From assembly GCA_040290255.1 (NCBI GenBank), contig PSMU01000001.1:64001-128000 (forward strand): 64,000 nucleotides of DNA, read 5' to 3'. This DNA is from Nitrososphaerota archaeon. GTDB lineage: Archaea > Thermoproteota > Nitrososphaeria > PSMU01. Shown here in pieces: positions 31,527-45,812 of the stretch. The position numbers and the translations under genes were made by a program. Numbering within the stretch: position 1 is the first letter of the stretch; every line of letters starts with the position of its first letter. The notes under the pieces are model-generated. The model searched no databases. It had not been told where the DNA came from and worked only from the letters and a program-made list of their open reading frames with translations.

Positions 31527-31585
31527 AGCGGCTTCCTTAACGCCCCATAAAAATAATTTTAAGAAGGGGGCAGGCAATCGTATAC

Positions 31586-31679
31586 GCCCCGGTCGCCTAG
31601 CCCGGTAAGGCGGCGGCCTTGTAATCAGGAATGTGGAGGGGAGAGCCGCTTATCGCGGGTTCGAATCCCGCCCGGGGCT
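31586..31679 (+). tRNA. tRNA-Thr(TGT) with 20-nt intron at 37/38 (31624-31643)
   Basis: GCCCCGG/CCGGGGC acceptor, GCGGC-CTTGTA..A-GCCGC arm, GGTTCGAATCC. Confidence 0.88.
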
Positions 31680-31981
31680 CGGCTCAAGGGTATTGTATGA
31701 AGCGTGTCCTTGATCAGGTATCCGATGTATTGATAGGCCTCGTCCGCCCCAAGCCTGACCACGCCGACGGAAGAGGAGGAGCTGCTCTCTCTCAGTTCGA
31801 GTAGATGGTGACACTCACGCCCTGCCCTTAATAGCTTTACGAAGTAATAGTGACGACACGTGCAGGCCTTAAGGGATGGGCTCACTAAGTATTCTCCTTC
31901 TTTCCCGAGCACGCTCACCAAGGTTATCCCCTTATCATGAACCTGCACATGTCGAACCGCCAACATTTCGAATAATGCCAA
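31625..31981 (-). CDS. SWIM zinc-finger protein
   Basis: Y.V...ACTC.HY...ECHHL SWIM motif; 3' end overlaps tRNA-Thr antisense. Confidence 0.7.
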   Translation of the reverse strand: MALFEMLAVRHVQVHDKGITLVSVLGKEGEYLVSPSLKACTCRHYYFVKLLRAGRECHHLLELRESSSSSSVGVVRLGADEAYQYIGYLIKDTLHTIPLSRAPGGIRTRDKRLSPPHS

Positions 31982-32041
31982 CTCGGTATCTTAACCGTTT
32001 CCCTTACCTGTTCGCTACAAAGCCCTCGCGCATGAGATTGG

Positions 32042-32130
32042 TGGGGTCGGTGGGATTTGAACCCACGATCACGGGCGTTCCCGTCGATAGATCCCGAGGC
32101 CCGCAGCTTACCATGCTAGCCCACGACCCC
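32042..32130 (-). tRNA. tRNA-Pro(CGG) with 15-nt intron at 37/38 (32078-32092)
   Basis: Minus strand GGGGTCG acceptor, CGGGC-CTCGGG..C-GCCCG arm. Confidence 0.9.
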
Positions 32131-32180
32131 GAGAATCATGTAAGAGATAAGGTTAAAACTTTTCCTCCTATGATGCTGCC

Positions 32181-32270
32181 GCCCCGGTAGCTCAGGAGGT
32201 TAGAGCGCGGCACTGGTAATGCCGAGAGGTATGGCCCGGCAAGTCGCGGGTTCGAATCCCGCCCGGGGCT
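32181..32270 (+). tRNA. tRNA-Thr(GGT) with 16-nt non-canonical intron at 45/46 (32227-32242)
   Basis: Uninterrupted anticodon arm CGGCA-CTGGTAA-TGCCG; BHB GCCG-AGA...CGGC-AAG in the variable region. Confidence 0.9.
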
Positions 32271-32477
32271 GGAATTGTCTCCTTGGCCACGGAAAAAGCT
32301 TATTAAGCTGGCCGATGTTCAACGTGATTGCACGTCGGCGGCTCAGGGCCAAGTGAGGATGCAATCCTAGCGGTGAGGCTCTGACCTCCAGACGTGCAGA
32401 CAATAATGCAGGCATAACCCGTGAGGGTTATGTCCAAGGGAGAGAGGTCCGCAGGAAGCCGGCCGTATTTCCCTTTG

Positions 32478-33977
<1,500 letters not shown>

Positions 33978-34109
33978 TAATACGGCCGGCCTGTAAAGGG
34001 CCTCTCTCCAGGTAGATGCAGCCTGTTAGCGCAGCGCTAATAGGCGAAGGGCGGAGTGCATGTGCACGATTACCGCCGTGTAAAGGCCGCCAACTCCACC
34101 TCAGTGGGA

Positions 34110-37146
<3,037 letters not shown>

Positions 37147-37233
37147 CCCATTGTGGTGGGGGCGAAAGCCTTTACACGGCGGGGATATTTTTTAGGGAAA
37201 CAGATAATTAGGTCCGCTCCAATTAGAGGAGCT

Positions 37234-37530
37234 GGGCGGGGTGCCGGGCAGGCGCGGGCAAAATGCCCGAGGAACCTCCCCACTCCACGCGGGCCGCGCA
37301 ACCCCGAGAGGGGGGGTCCGAAAGGACCCGGCCGCCACAGAAATGGCACCTCCTGCCGACGGGATGAGGATGATGGCGTCAAGCCTGCAGACGTGTGCGG
37401 GAGGGTGAAACAGGCGCGCCTGCGCGAGCAAGGCCAAGCAGGGCCCATGAGGGGGCCCGAGGAGGCCCGGGTAGGCCGCTAAGATGAATGCCTGCCTAGG
37501 AACAGGATGGGGGGTACGAGCACCACGCCC
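37234..37530 (+). ncRNA. rnpB: RNase P RNA
   Basis: GAGGAACCTCCCC and AACAGGATGGGGGGTA P4 elements, ACAGAAA, GGGTGAAAC, GAGCAAGG; P1 GGGCGGGGTGC/GCACCACGCCC. Confidence 0.9.
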
Positions 37531-37542
37531 TTAACCCTTGGC

Positions 37543-38388
37543 CTACAGTAGCGAGAGCAACGTCATGATATCTTCCTTATACTCCTGCCATTCCCTTACG
37601 GGGGTCTCAAGTATCATTGGCAGCCGCCTCAGAGCCCGCTGCTGCAGAATATTCCTGAACCCCCTTAGCCCAATATAGCCCTTACCTATTCGCTCATGCC
37701 TATCCAGCCCGGACCCAATAGCGGCCCTCGAATCGTTCAAATGTAGCACCTTAACCCTGTCGAAGTCACAGAGCTCATCTATCTGGCGGAGAAGGGCATT
37801 AAGCGCCTTTTCAGATCTTAGCTCATAGCCAGCCTGAAAGAGGTGGCAGGTATCAAGGCAGAGGCCCACTCGCTCCTCGCCTATGGCCGAGAGTATCCGT
37901 GCTATATCTTCTAGCTTGGAGCCCATGCTGTTAGCCTGTCCGCTCATGTTTTCCAACAGCAATATGACCCTTCCATCAAAGGAGTCGAGCACCTTCTTAC
38001 AGCCCGAGACCAGACGTTCAAAGCCCTTATCGAACCCGGTCCCTAGGTGGCTGCCTATGTGAAGCACAAGATAGGGTATCCCAAGCGCTTCACACCTCTC
38101 CAGCTCGTCCTTGACAGCCATAATCGAGAGTTCATGTACTTTTTCATCTGGGCTTGCCAGATTAGGCAAGTAGGAGGCATGGGCCACTAGCGCCAAGCCC
38201 GTCTTTCTGGCGGCCTCCTTAAACAGCTCCACTTCTTGGGCGTCTAGGGGCGCAGCCCTCCATCCTCGCGGATTTCTGGTGAAGATCTGTACAACCGCGC
38301 AGTTTATTTCGGTGGCGCGCTCAAGGGCCTTATGGAGGCCCCCTGCTATGGGCAGGTGAGCGCCCAAGAGCAACCGCTCGTCGGGCAA
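37543..38388 (-). CDS. nfo: Endonuclease IV
   Basis: QIF..NPR, HASYL.NL, LEN, CLDTCH, HLNDS, DRHE, ETP. Confidence 0.95.
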   Translation of the reverse strand: MPDERLLLGAHLPIAGGLHKALERATEINCAVVQIFTRNPRGWRAAPLDAQEVELFKEAARKTGLALVAHASYLPNLASPDEKVHELSIMAVKDELERCEALGIPYLVLHIGSHLGTGFDKGFERLVSGCKKVLDSFDGRVILLLENMSGQANSMGSKLEDIARILSAIGEERVGLCLDTCHLFQAGYELRSEKALNALLRQIDELCDFDRVKVLHLNDSRAAIGSGLDRHERIGKGYIGLRGFRNILQQRALRRLPMILETPVREWQEYKEDIMTLLSLL

Positions 38389-38432
38389 GGCGCACTTATG
38401 TCGGTCTTACAATAATTAATATTATGTTGGCC

Positions 38433-39533
38433 TTATGGGACAAGGGCGGGCACCCTCGCCTTAGCGGCCAGGCGCGCCCTTAGGATTTCGCCCAACTTCT
38501 CAAGCCCCTGGCCCGTTACGGCCGAGACAACGACGTATGTTTTATCGCTGGGCAGCAGCGCGCTGACCTTTTTTTCGATCTCATCCAGAGGCATGAGGTC
38601 CGCCTTTGTAAATACCGTAATGAGCCTATCCTGAGGGATTCCGATGCCCCCCAGCGTTGACCAGGAGACATGCAGCTTCATGGCCAGCTCAGGCTCCGGG
38701 TCGGTGCTATCTACCAGCAGCAGCACTAGGTCCGCGAAGTTAAGCTCCTCTAATATCGAGCGAAAGGCTTCGATCATATACGTTGGAAGGCGCTTTATGA
38801 AGCCTATGGTGTCCATCGCGTAAAACTTGAGGCCCATTAGCTCCGCTACTCGAAGATATGAAGTCAGAGTCGTAAAACTGCCCAGCCCGACGGGCATCGC
38901 CTCACGCGTAAGCCGATTGAAGAGCGTGGTCTTGCCGGCTCCTGTATAGCCAACAAGCGCCACCAAAGGCAGCTTGAGCCTTCTGCTCTGCCTATTTACT
39001 TCCCTGTGGCGCCTGACCTCTTCAAGCTCTTGCTTTAGCTTAGTGGCCTGCCTCTTGATCATCCTATAATAGACCTCTACATCGTACTTGCCCAACCCCC
39101 TGAAGCCGGGCTGCTCGCCCAGCTTGGCCAACCTGACCTTCTCTCTTGCCCTGGACATCTCATAGCGCAACTCAGCAAGCTTAACCTGCAGCTTCGCCTC
39201 CTTCGTTTTTGCCCTTCTCCAGAAGATGTTCAAAATCAATCTCTCCCTATCGATGACTTCCACGCCGACTACCTTCGCCAAATTATAGAGTTGCACGGGC
39301 CTTAGGTGCTCATCCACCACGAGCAGCTCGGCCCCGCTGGCCTTTACCAGCTCCTTGATCTCTTCAAGCTTACCTGCGCTCACGCCGTAGGGGCCTAGGC
39401 CGAGCTTATCTCTTACCATTAAGGCTACCGGCTCATAAAGCGCTGCGCTACAAAGCTCTATTATCTCCTCTATGGCCGAGGGGCTGTTGTAGGTCAGGGC
39501 TACTACCCTCGGTACGGGGCCTGGGCTCGTCAA
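38433..39533 (-). CDS. hflX: GTPase HflX
   Basis: EAKLQVKLAEL, GYTGAGKTT, DTIGFI. Confidence 0.93.
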   Translation of the reverse strand: MTSPGPVPRVVALTYNSPSAIEEIIELCSAALYEPVALMVRDKLGLGPYGVSAGKLEEIKELVKASGAELLVVDEHLRPVQLYNLAKVVGVEVIDRERLILNIFWRRAKTKEAKLQVKLAELRYEMSRAREKVRLAKLGEQPGFRGLGKYDVEVYYRMIKRQATKLKQELEEVRRHREVNRQSRRLKLPLVALVGYTGAGKTTLFNRLTREAMPVGLGSFTTLTSYLRVAELMGLKFYAMDTIGFIKRLPTYMIEAFRSILEELNFADLVLLLVDSTDPEPELAMKLHVSWSTLGGIGIPQDRLITVFTKADLMPLDEIEKKVSALLPSDKTYVVVSAVTGQGLEKLGEILRARLAAKARVPALVP

Positions 39534-39928
39534 GCCTCCTCTTCCGTGAGGAGCCTGATCTTAAGCACGCGCTCTAATTTCCTGGCCAACTCCAGCGTTG
39601 GCCTCAGCTTACCGCGTTCTATAAGGCTTATCACGGATGCCTTTTCGCCCACTAGCCCTCCCAGTTGATCTTGGCGCATCCCTAGCTTTTCGCGCGCCGA
39701 TTTTACTAACTCTGGGTACTCGGGTCGCAGACCGAGCTCGGCCTTGGTGGATATCTCCAGCGGAGCGGGGAGGCTTCTATTCCGCTTTCGTTCTGCCTTG
39801 ACCTGCTTGGCCACGACCGGCGTTCCAAGCTTACTGCATGATGCGCATGCGGCCAATATGGCACCCTCTATCTGAACGAGTATGGCCTCGCCTAGTACCT
39901 TCGTGCCGCATATCTCACAGGTGGCCAA
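39530..39928 (-). CDS. mbf1: Multiprotein bridging factor aMBF1
   Basis: CEICG...CxxC zinc ribbon plus Cro-type HTH; TTG start at 39928 chosen. Confidence 0.88.
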   Translation of the reverse strand: MATCEICGTKVLGEAILVQIEGAILAACASCSKLGTPVVAKQVKAERKRNRSLPAPLEISTKAELGLRPEYPELVKSAREKLGMRQDQLGGLVGEKASVISLIERGKLRPTLELARKLERVLKIRLLTEEEA

Positions 39929-39987
39929 ACTGCGCTTAGTTCGTAAGCAACTAAGTAACATTAAAGCGTTCTGCCTTTAGAGGGTTC

Positions 39988-40443
39988 GTGCTCGAAGAGC
40001 TGCAGGTTAAAGCTATGCTCTGCTACCTCTTTGGATCGCGCGCCAAAGAGATCGATATGCAAGGGTGGTCCTTTGAGAGGTCTAAGAGGACGGGTAGGCT
40101 AAAGTATGTTAGGAATGCTGAGGGCAAGCTGCTCTTCGTCGTACGGGAGGACGGAACGATGGCTCCAACCTTGGACGGGGCCCGCGTTTTGTTGAAGCAT
40201 GGCGCGATGACAGACTGCTCTGTCATTGTAGGCGAGCAAGGAATGCAGCGTCTTGTGAGGGGATACAACGTGCTTGCCGCCCAGCTTGAGGGCGTAGGAA
40301 AGGGGATAAGGCCCAAGAGCGACGTGATAATTTTAGATAAAAGCGGGAACGTCCGCGGCGTTGGAAGAGCCGTCCTCTCGGCACACCAGCTTAAATTTAT
40401 AAGATATGGAATCGCCGTCAAGGTTAGAAGGGTGGAGGCGTAA
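39988..40443 (+). CDS. PUA-domain protein
   Basis: YLFG, SKRTGR, IRP..DV, GVGRA.LS, GIAVKVR. Confidence 0.82.
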   Translation: MLEELQVKAMLCYLFGSRAKEIDMQGWSFERSKRTGRLKYVRNAEGKLLFVVREDGTMAPTLDGARVLLKHGAMTDCSVIVGEQGMQRLVRGYNVLAAQLEGVGKGIRPKSDVIILDKSGNVRGVGRAVLSAHQLKFIRYGIAVKVRRVEA

Positions 40444-40444
40444 C

Positions 40445-40810
40445 TTGAAGCCGCTCGCTTGGAACAGGGAGATGAGAAGGGCAATAGAAAGGATGGGGAT
40501 GAACTTCACGCCTCTAGAAGGTGTGAAGGAAGTGATCATCCGCACTAACGATCGCGAAATACTGATCAAAAAGGCGGCAGTAAACTATCTTTTATTTAAC
40601 GAAATCAAGATCTATCAGGTAATGGCGGAGGAGGTTGAGGAGAGGGGGCTCCAGGCCAAGCAACCGGAAGAGCGATTACCCGAAGAGGATGTGGAGCTCG
40701 TCGCCGCCAAGGCCGGCGTCGCCAAGGAGGTGGCCAGGGAGGCGTTGCGAAAGACTAAAGGGGATTTGGCGGAGGCCATCCTTTTGCTAAAGGGTGGACG
40801 GCAAGCATAG
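40445..40810 (+). CDS. nac: Nascent polypeptide-associated complex protein
   Basis: REMRR...RMG, EEDVELV..., GDLAEAIL UBA-like end. Confidence 0.9.
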   Translation: MKPLAWNREMRRAIERMGMNFTPLEGVKEVIIRTNDREILIKKAAVNYLLFNEIKIYQVMAEEVEERGLQAKQPEERLPEEDVELVAAKAGVAKEVAREALRKTKGDLAEAILLLKGGRQA

Positions 40811-40949
40811 GGTGCCGCGCTATAAGGTCTCTTAATCTGTTCTCGTGACCATTAGACGACCTGCTAACTATCTTCTCTGGCTATGAGAGCGGAGCAAGAA
40901 ACCTTTATAAAGACCCTTTATGGCAAAGCCCCAAACGGTGATGTGATAT

Positions 40950-42578
40950 ATGTCGGCTACTCAAGCAGGGATACCGGTCTTAATCTTAAAGGAGAGCGCG
41001 CAGAGAACTAAGGGCCGCGAAGCCCAGCTCAACAACATCACGGCCGCTCGTCTTGTTGCAGAACTAATTAAGACGACGCTGGGTCCCAGAGGTATGGATA
41101 AGATGTTGGTAACAAGCTTGGGCGACATTACAATCACAAACGACGGGGCATCAATTATGAAAGAGCTAGACTTGCAGCATCCTGCGGCCAAGATTTTGGT
41201 GGAAGTCGCCAAGACACAAGATAATGAGGTAGGAGATGGGACCACGAGCGTTGTCATCCTAGCGGGAGAGCTGCTGGCCAACGCAGAAAAGCTGCTCAAC
41301 CAGAACATACATCCTCGGATAATCGTTGAGGGCTACAAGCTGGCCGCCGCTAAATGCACCGCCTTATTAGAGGAGATCGCCTTGCCCGTAGGAATCGATG
41401 AGGACGACAAGCTTAGAAAGATAGCTGCCACTTCCATGAGAAGTAAAGGTGTAGCTACGGCTAGGGAGTATCTGGCTGAGCTTGCTGTGCAGGCCGTGAA
41501 ACAGGTACATGAGGTCATCAACGGCAAAATTAAGGCGGACATAGATAGGATAAAGATCGTGAAGAAGCACGGCAAGAGCCTCCTTGAGAGCGAGTTGGTT
41601 AAGGGCATCGTCATCGATAAGGAAATAGCGCATGCCCAGATGCCTAAGCGTGTCGCAGGTGCTAAGATCGCTTTGGTTAACCAGAAGTTCGAGATAGAGA
41701 AGCCGGAAATAAGTGCCGAAATAAGGATAACGAGCCCAGAGCAGATTAAGGCCTTTTTGGACGAGGAGACCAAGATCCTAAGGGAAATGGTCGACAAGGT
41801 CGCATCCGTGAGTGCGAACGTTCTCTTCTGCGAGAAGGGAATGGACGACATAGCCCTTCATTACTTGGCCAAGAGGGGCATCTTGGCCGTCAAGAACGTC
41901 AGCAGCAGCGATATGGAGAAGTTGGCGAAGGCTACAGGCGCTAAAATCGTCAGCAATGTTAACGACCTGACGCCGGAGTTCCTAGGGGAGGCAGGCCTTG
42001 TAGAGGAGCTAAAGGTGGGCGACTCAAAGCTCATCTATGTAAGGGAATGCAAGAATCCGCGCGCCGTAACGGTGGTGCTGAGGGGAGGCAGCGAACACGT
42101 AGTCTCCGAGGCGGAAAGGTCCTTCCATGATGCTCTCTGCGTGGTAAGGGATGCCATTGAGGATGGCAAGTACGTAGCAGGAGGGGGTGCCGTCGAGGCT
42201 GAGCTGGCCGCTAAAGTAAGGGAGTACGCCATCCAAGTTGGCGGGAGGCAGCAACTGGCGATAGAGGCCTTTGCGGAGGCCCTTGAGTCCATACCGCTGA
42301 CCTTAGCGGAGAATGCTGGCTTAGACCCTCTGGACATCCTAGTTAAGATAAGAGCTGCTCATGCAGATCCTAAAGGAAAATGGATGGGCGTGGACGTCTT
42401 TAGCGGCGATATAAAGGATATGCTGCTCCTGAACGTCGTGGAGCCCCTTAGAGTTAAACTCCACCTCGTGAAGGCTGCAACTGAGGCCGCTACCATGATT
42501 TTAAGGATCGATGACATCGTGGTAGCCAAGCCAATGAAGGAAGGCAAAGAAAAAGAGAAGGAGAAGACTGAGAGCTAG
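40950..42578 (+). CDS. ths: Thermosome (group II chaperonin) subunit
   Basis: [22 protein letters not shown]. Confidence 0.97.
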   Translation: MSATQAGIPVLILKESAQRTKGREAQLNNITAARLVAELIKTTLGPRGMDKMLVTSLGDITITNDGASIMKELDLQHPAAKILVEVAKTQDNEVGDGTTSVVILAGELLANAEKLLNQNIHPRIIVEGYKLAAAKCTALLEEIALPVGIDEDDKLRKIAATSMRSKGVATAREYLAELAVQAVKQVHEVINGKIKADIDRIKIVKKHGKSLLESELVKGIVIDKEIAHAQMPKRVAGAKIALVNQKFEIEKPEISAEIRITSPEQIKAFLDEETKILREMVDKVASVSANVLFCEKGMDDIALHYLAKRGILAVKNVSSSDMEKLAKATGAKIVSNVNDLTPEFLGEAGLVEELKVGDSKLIYVRECKNPRAVTVVLRGGSEHVVSEAERSFHDALCVVRDAIEDGKYVAGGGAVEAELAAKVREYAIQVGGRQQLAIEAFAEALESIPLTLAENAGLDPLDILVKIRAAHADPKGKWMGVDVFSGDIKDMLLLNVVEPLRVKLHLVKAATEAATMILRIDDIVVAKPMKEGKEKEKEKTES

Positions 42579-42676
42579 GTCTCCAGCTCTCTAAGTTTTT
42601 CGACTTTTCCTTTCTTGACGAAGCGAGGTAGTTTTCTAATTATACCCTTTAGTACCTTAATCCCTTGACCATAGCT

Positions 42677-42798
42677 AAGTCGCCGGCACCGCTGCTTCCC
42701 GAGGGCATGCGCACCTCAGTACAACAGCGGCGACGCGTGGTTTCACTTCCGGGTTCGGTATGAGACCGGGTGGAGCCCACGCGCTATGGCCGGCTTGA
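42677..42798 (-). rRNA. rrf: 5S rRNA
   Basis: Minus strand GCCGGCCATAGC...CACCCGGTCTCATACCGAACCCGGAAGTGAA...GGGAAGCAGCGGTGCCGGC. Confidence 0.93.
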
Positions 42799-42824
42799 CC
42801 TAGCCTAGGTGTAGCCGCTTAAAA

Positions 42825-43994
42825 GTGTTTGGCCCAGAAGAGTTAAAAGAGACCGCCGCCAAACCCCACCGTAAAGTGTCAGGCGTGATCGCTCTCCAGC
42901 TGCTCCCTTCGGGGAATGAGAACATCCTCATGCAGATCTTACTGATAATAATCACTATGTCTCTCCTCATTCTTTACGGCGGAAGACTCCAGCTGCAGAT
43001 ATCACTCATGCAGCTCAGCAGTGCCTTAAACAAACTTAAGCATATTCGCGACGCTTCGAAGCGGGAAGTAGTGAATCACTTGAAAGACCAAGGCCAAGAG
43101 GGAATAAACGTCGATGAGGCCGTCGATAAATTCATAGAGTACTTCGTCGTCTATCCCGTCGACATAGAGCCGACGGGCTTGGTGAGCAAGATCGAATTCA
43201 TCTTTAATCAGCATGACGAAAGATTGAGGTACGAGGTAGCTCAATTAGTCAAAGACAAGAGCGACGTTAACGTAAGTAAGCTGGTAAATATGGTTGAAGT
43301 GGCGACGGCCCTAAACCAGTATTATAAGGTAGTGAGGCATTATTACCTGCTCAGTAAGAAAACCTCTTCCCTGCTTTATGTTATAACACTACAGAACCAG
43401 ATGCCGCAGATATTACAGGAGGCCAGCGCGCTGTTGAGCGCGTTAGAGGCGTTCAAGGCTGGCCAACCTATCGGCGATAGCATAGGACCCATCGTTGTCG
43501 GCAGGCTGATGTATAACCGCGAGAGAGTCAAGATAGAGAAGGACACAGTGATGAGTCAGGTAGAATATAAGGGCAGGCAGCTATACTTGCTGAAGGCAGA
43601 AGGCCCGGGAGGCAATGTAGGAGATATGGGAAACGCTACCCTCAAGCTAGTTAACATGTTGCCTGTTAGGCCGAGTGTGGTCATCATGATAGATGCGGCT
43701 TTGAAGCTTGAGGGTGAGGCGTCAGGCTCTATAGCTGAGGGCACCGGGGCGGTAATAGGTGGGCTTGGTACCGATCGCTTCAAGATAGAGGAGATATGCA
43801 CCAAGTACAAGATCCCTCTCTATGGCATCGTTGTGAAGGAATCCCTTATCGAGGCCATCACAGTGATAAGAAAGGAAATCTTCGATGCCGTGGAGGGGGT
43901 AATAAAGGCGATCTACAGGGTCGTAGAGCAGCGAACTAAGGAAGGAGATAACGTCATCATCATAGGGGTAGGGAACACCATTGGCGTGCTGTAG
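42825..43994 (+). CDS. DUF1512 family protein
   Basis: PIGDSIGP, KAEGPGG, IDAALKLEGE, IIGVGNTIGV; start uncertain. Confidence 0.8.
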   Translation: MFGPEELKETAAKPHRKVSGVIALQLLPSGNENILMQILLIIITMSLLILYGGRLQLQISLMQLSSALNKLKHIRDASKREVVNHLKDQGQEGINVDEAVDKFIEYFVVYPVDIEPTGLVSKIEFIFNQHDERLRYEVAQLVKDKSDVNVSKLVNMVEVATALNQYYKVVRHYYLLSKKTSSLLYVITLQNQMPQILQEASALLSALEAFKAGQPIGDSIGPIVVGRLMYNRERVKIEKDTVMSQVEYKGRQLYLLKAEGPGGNVGDMGNATLKLVNMLPVRPSVVIMIDAALKLEGEASGSIAEGTGAVIGGLGTDRFKIEEICTKYKIPLYGIVVKESLIEAITVIRKEIFDAVEGVIKAIYRVVEQRTKEGDNVIIIGVGNTIGVL

Positions 43995-43996
43995 GT

Positions 43997-44182
43997 ATGT
44001 CGAAGGATATCTTTGATAAGAAGGGGTATCGTGTATTTACCGTCGAGACCTGCTTTACCGATAACATAAATATCAAAAGAAGCTTCCAGGTGGGTGACTA
44101 TATCTACAAGGATAGCGGGGAATGTCCTAAGTGCAAATCCAAAATGGTAATAACGGCTATTTTCGCGGAAACAATCAAGTAG
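43997..44182 (+). CDS. Small zinc-ribbon protein
   Basis: R.FQ.GDYIYK...CPKC...I.AIF; follows DUF1512 gene. Confidence 0.7.
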   Translation: MSKDIFDKKGYRVFTVETCFTDNINIKRSFQVGDYIYKDSGECPKCKSKMVITAIFAETIK

Positions 44183-44188
44183 GCTGGC

Positions 44189-45079
44189 CTATGCGGTTAG
44201 TACCAATATTCCGTTATCGGTGAGCGTGATTGTATGCTCGAACTGCGCAACGACGGCCGAGTTGCTTTCCATTAGGACGGGATAAGGCCTTAAGATGCCG
44301 AGGCGGGCGAGCTGTGCTAGGCGTTGCTCCAGCTCTTTAGCTCCATAAGTGTCGATGAGCCACCTAGACGTGAAGGGTAATGTTCTGTATCTGCTCCATA
44401 TCAGCTCTTCCATTTCATTAAGTTCCGGGGCGGAAAGGCGTCGTCGAGAGACCAAGCTGTAAATCTTCGTCATTGGGAGTTCTCTAACTTGGCCTGTTCC
44501 CTCTCTCGTCGTTAGGAAGGGCTCTACTGCATATACTCCTCCGCGCTTAAGAGTTTGGCGCGCGGGAACGCGCACATTTGGGATAGTGATGCCGCCATGA
44601 ATTTGAAAACGCTCTATATTGTGGCCTCCTAAGTTGGAGATGGCTTTAAACCCGCCGCTTTTGGCCGTCGCCTCGACCAGCGCGCCTATTTCGCCCACCG
44701 TGATTCCCTCCTTTATCATTTCCAATGCGCCGCGCAGAGCCCGCTCGGTAACGGCCACGAGCTCCGCATATCTCCTCCCTAAGCTAACCGTTAGTGCAGT
44801 ATCCACGATATACCCGTCTATCTGGACGCCAAGGTCGAGCTTAACTACATCATCCGCCTGTATGCTAGCCTCATCCTCGACGCCCGCCGTATCATGCGCG
44901 GCGATATGATTTATGGAGATATTACAAGGAAATGCGGGCCTTCCGCTAAGTTTTTCAATTCGAGATTCCACATATTGGCATATGTCTAAAACCTTAGCAC
45001 CAGGTCTTATTAGGGTAACGGCCTCCTCACGTACCCTGGCCGCTATTTTCCCGGCAAATAGGTAAGCTTGGATGGACAT
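44189..45079 (-). CDS. map: Methionine aminopeptidase type II
   Basis: AFPCN, AAH, KLDLG..IDGYIVD, GGH, AVEPF, QFEHT. Confidence 0.95.
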   Translation of the reverse strand: MSIQAYLFAGKIAARVREEAVTLIRPGAKVLDICQYVESRIEKLSGRPAFPCNISINHIAAHDTAGVEDEASIQADDVVKLDLGVQIDGYIVDTALTVSLGRRYAELVAVTERALRGALEMIKEGITVGEIGALVEATAKSGGFKAISNLGGHNIERFQIHGGITIPNVRVPARQTLKRGGVYAVEPFLTTREGTGQVRELPMTKIYSLVSRRRLSAPELNEMEELIWSRYRTLPFTSRWLIDTYGAKELEQRLAQLARLGILRPYPVLMESNSAVVAQFEHTITLTDNGILVLTA

Positions 45080-45120
45080 GTGAGGGCTTTTATCCTACTG
45101 GTTAAAAAACTTCCAAGGAC

Positions 45121-45609
45121 GTGCTGCTTAATTTGGCCACTGTCGGAGGCACCTTTGATCTTCTGCATCGTGGCCATAAGGAGCTACTGCGCGTAGCGTT
45201 TCTTTCGGCAAAGCGGGTCATCATCGGCCTGAGCAGCGATGAATTCTGCAGTTCTAGGGGCAAGAAGCCACTATGGGACTACGCTAGACGCGAACAGGCC
45301 CTAAGAGGGTACTTGGAGAATGAGTTGCATGTGACGCCAGAGAGATACAGCATAGTAAGGCTGGATGAAGCCTTCGGGCCCGCGGCCACCTTGCGTGAGC
45401 TGGAGGGAATAGTGGTGAGCACCGAAACCAAAGCCGTTGCCGAAGAGATAAACAAAGTAAGGAGCCGCATGGGGCTTCCCCCTCTTAAGATTATAGAGGT
45501 GCCTCTAGTTTTAGCTGACGATGGATTACCTATCTCATCCACCCGGATTAGGGCCGGGATAATAGACGCGGAGGGCAAGCTAGTCGGGAGGGGCCTGCAG
45601 CGCGCATAA
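45121..45609 (+). CDS. coaD: Phosphopantetheine adenylyltransferase
   Basis: GGTFD.LH.GH, VVS.ET, ISSTRIR. Confidence 0.92.
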   Translation: MLLNLATVGGTFDLLHRGHKELLRVAFLSAKRVIIGLSSDEFCSSRGKKPLWDYARREQALRGYLENELHVTPERYSIVRLDEAFGPAATLRELEGIVVSTETKAVAEEINKVRSRMGLPPLKIIEVPLVLADDGLPISSTRIRAGIIDAEGKLVGRGLQRA

Positions 45610-45655
45610 AAGACCGCGAAAAACGGTTTTAAGCTTCTGACGAATGCGTGCTTTG

Positions 45656-45741
45656 GGGGGTTCCACGAACTGCACGTCCGACGGCCGCTACCCGATAAAT
45701 GAGGGCTAGCGGTGACCCAAACGTGCTACAGTGGAACCCCC
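45656..45741 (+). ncRNA. Candidate box H/ACA guide RNA
   Basis: Stem GCACGT/ACGTGC followed by TACA, internal pocket, upper stem capped by CGA..TGA K-loop, outer GGGGTTCCAC/GTGGAACCCC stem; pocket matches 23S in this window. Confidence 0.7.
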
Positions 45742-45812
45742 TCTTTGTAGCTTAATATGGGCAGGGCATCCGAGGGCCATAAACGCTTAATTTATCCTTT
45801 TGCGCGCTTGGC

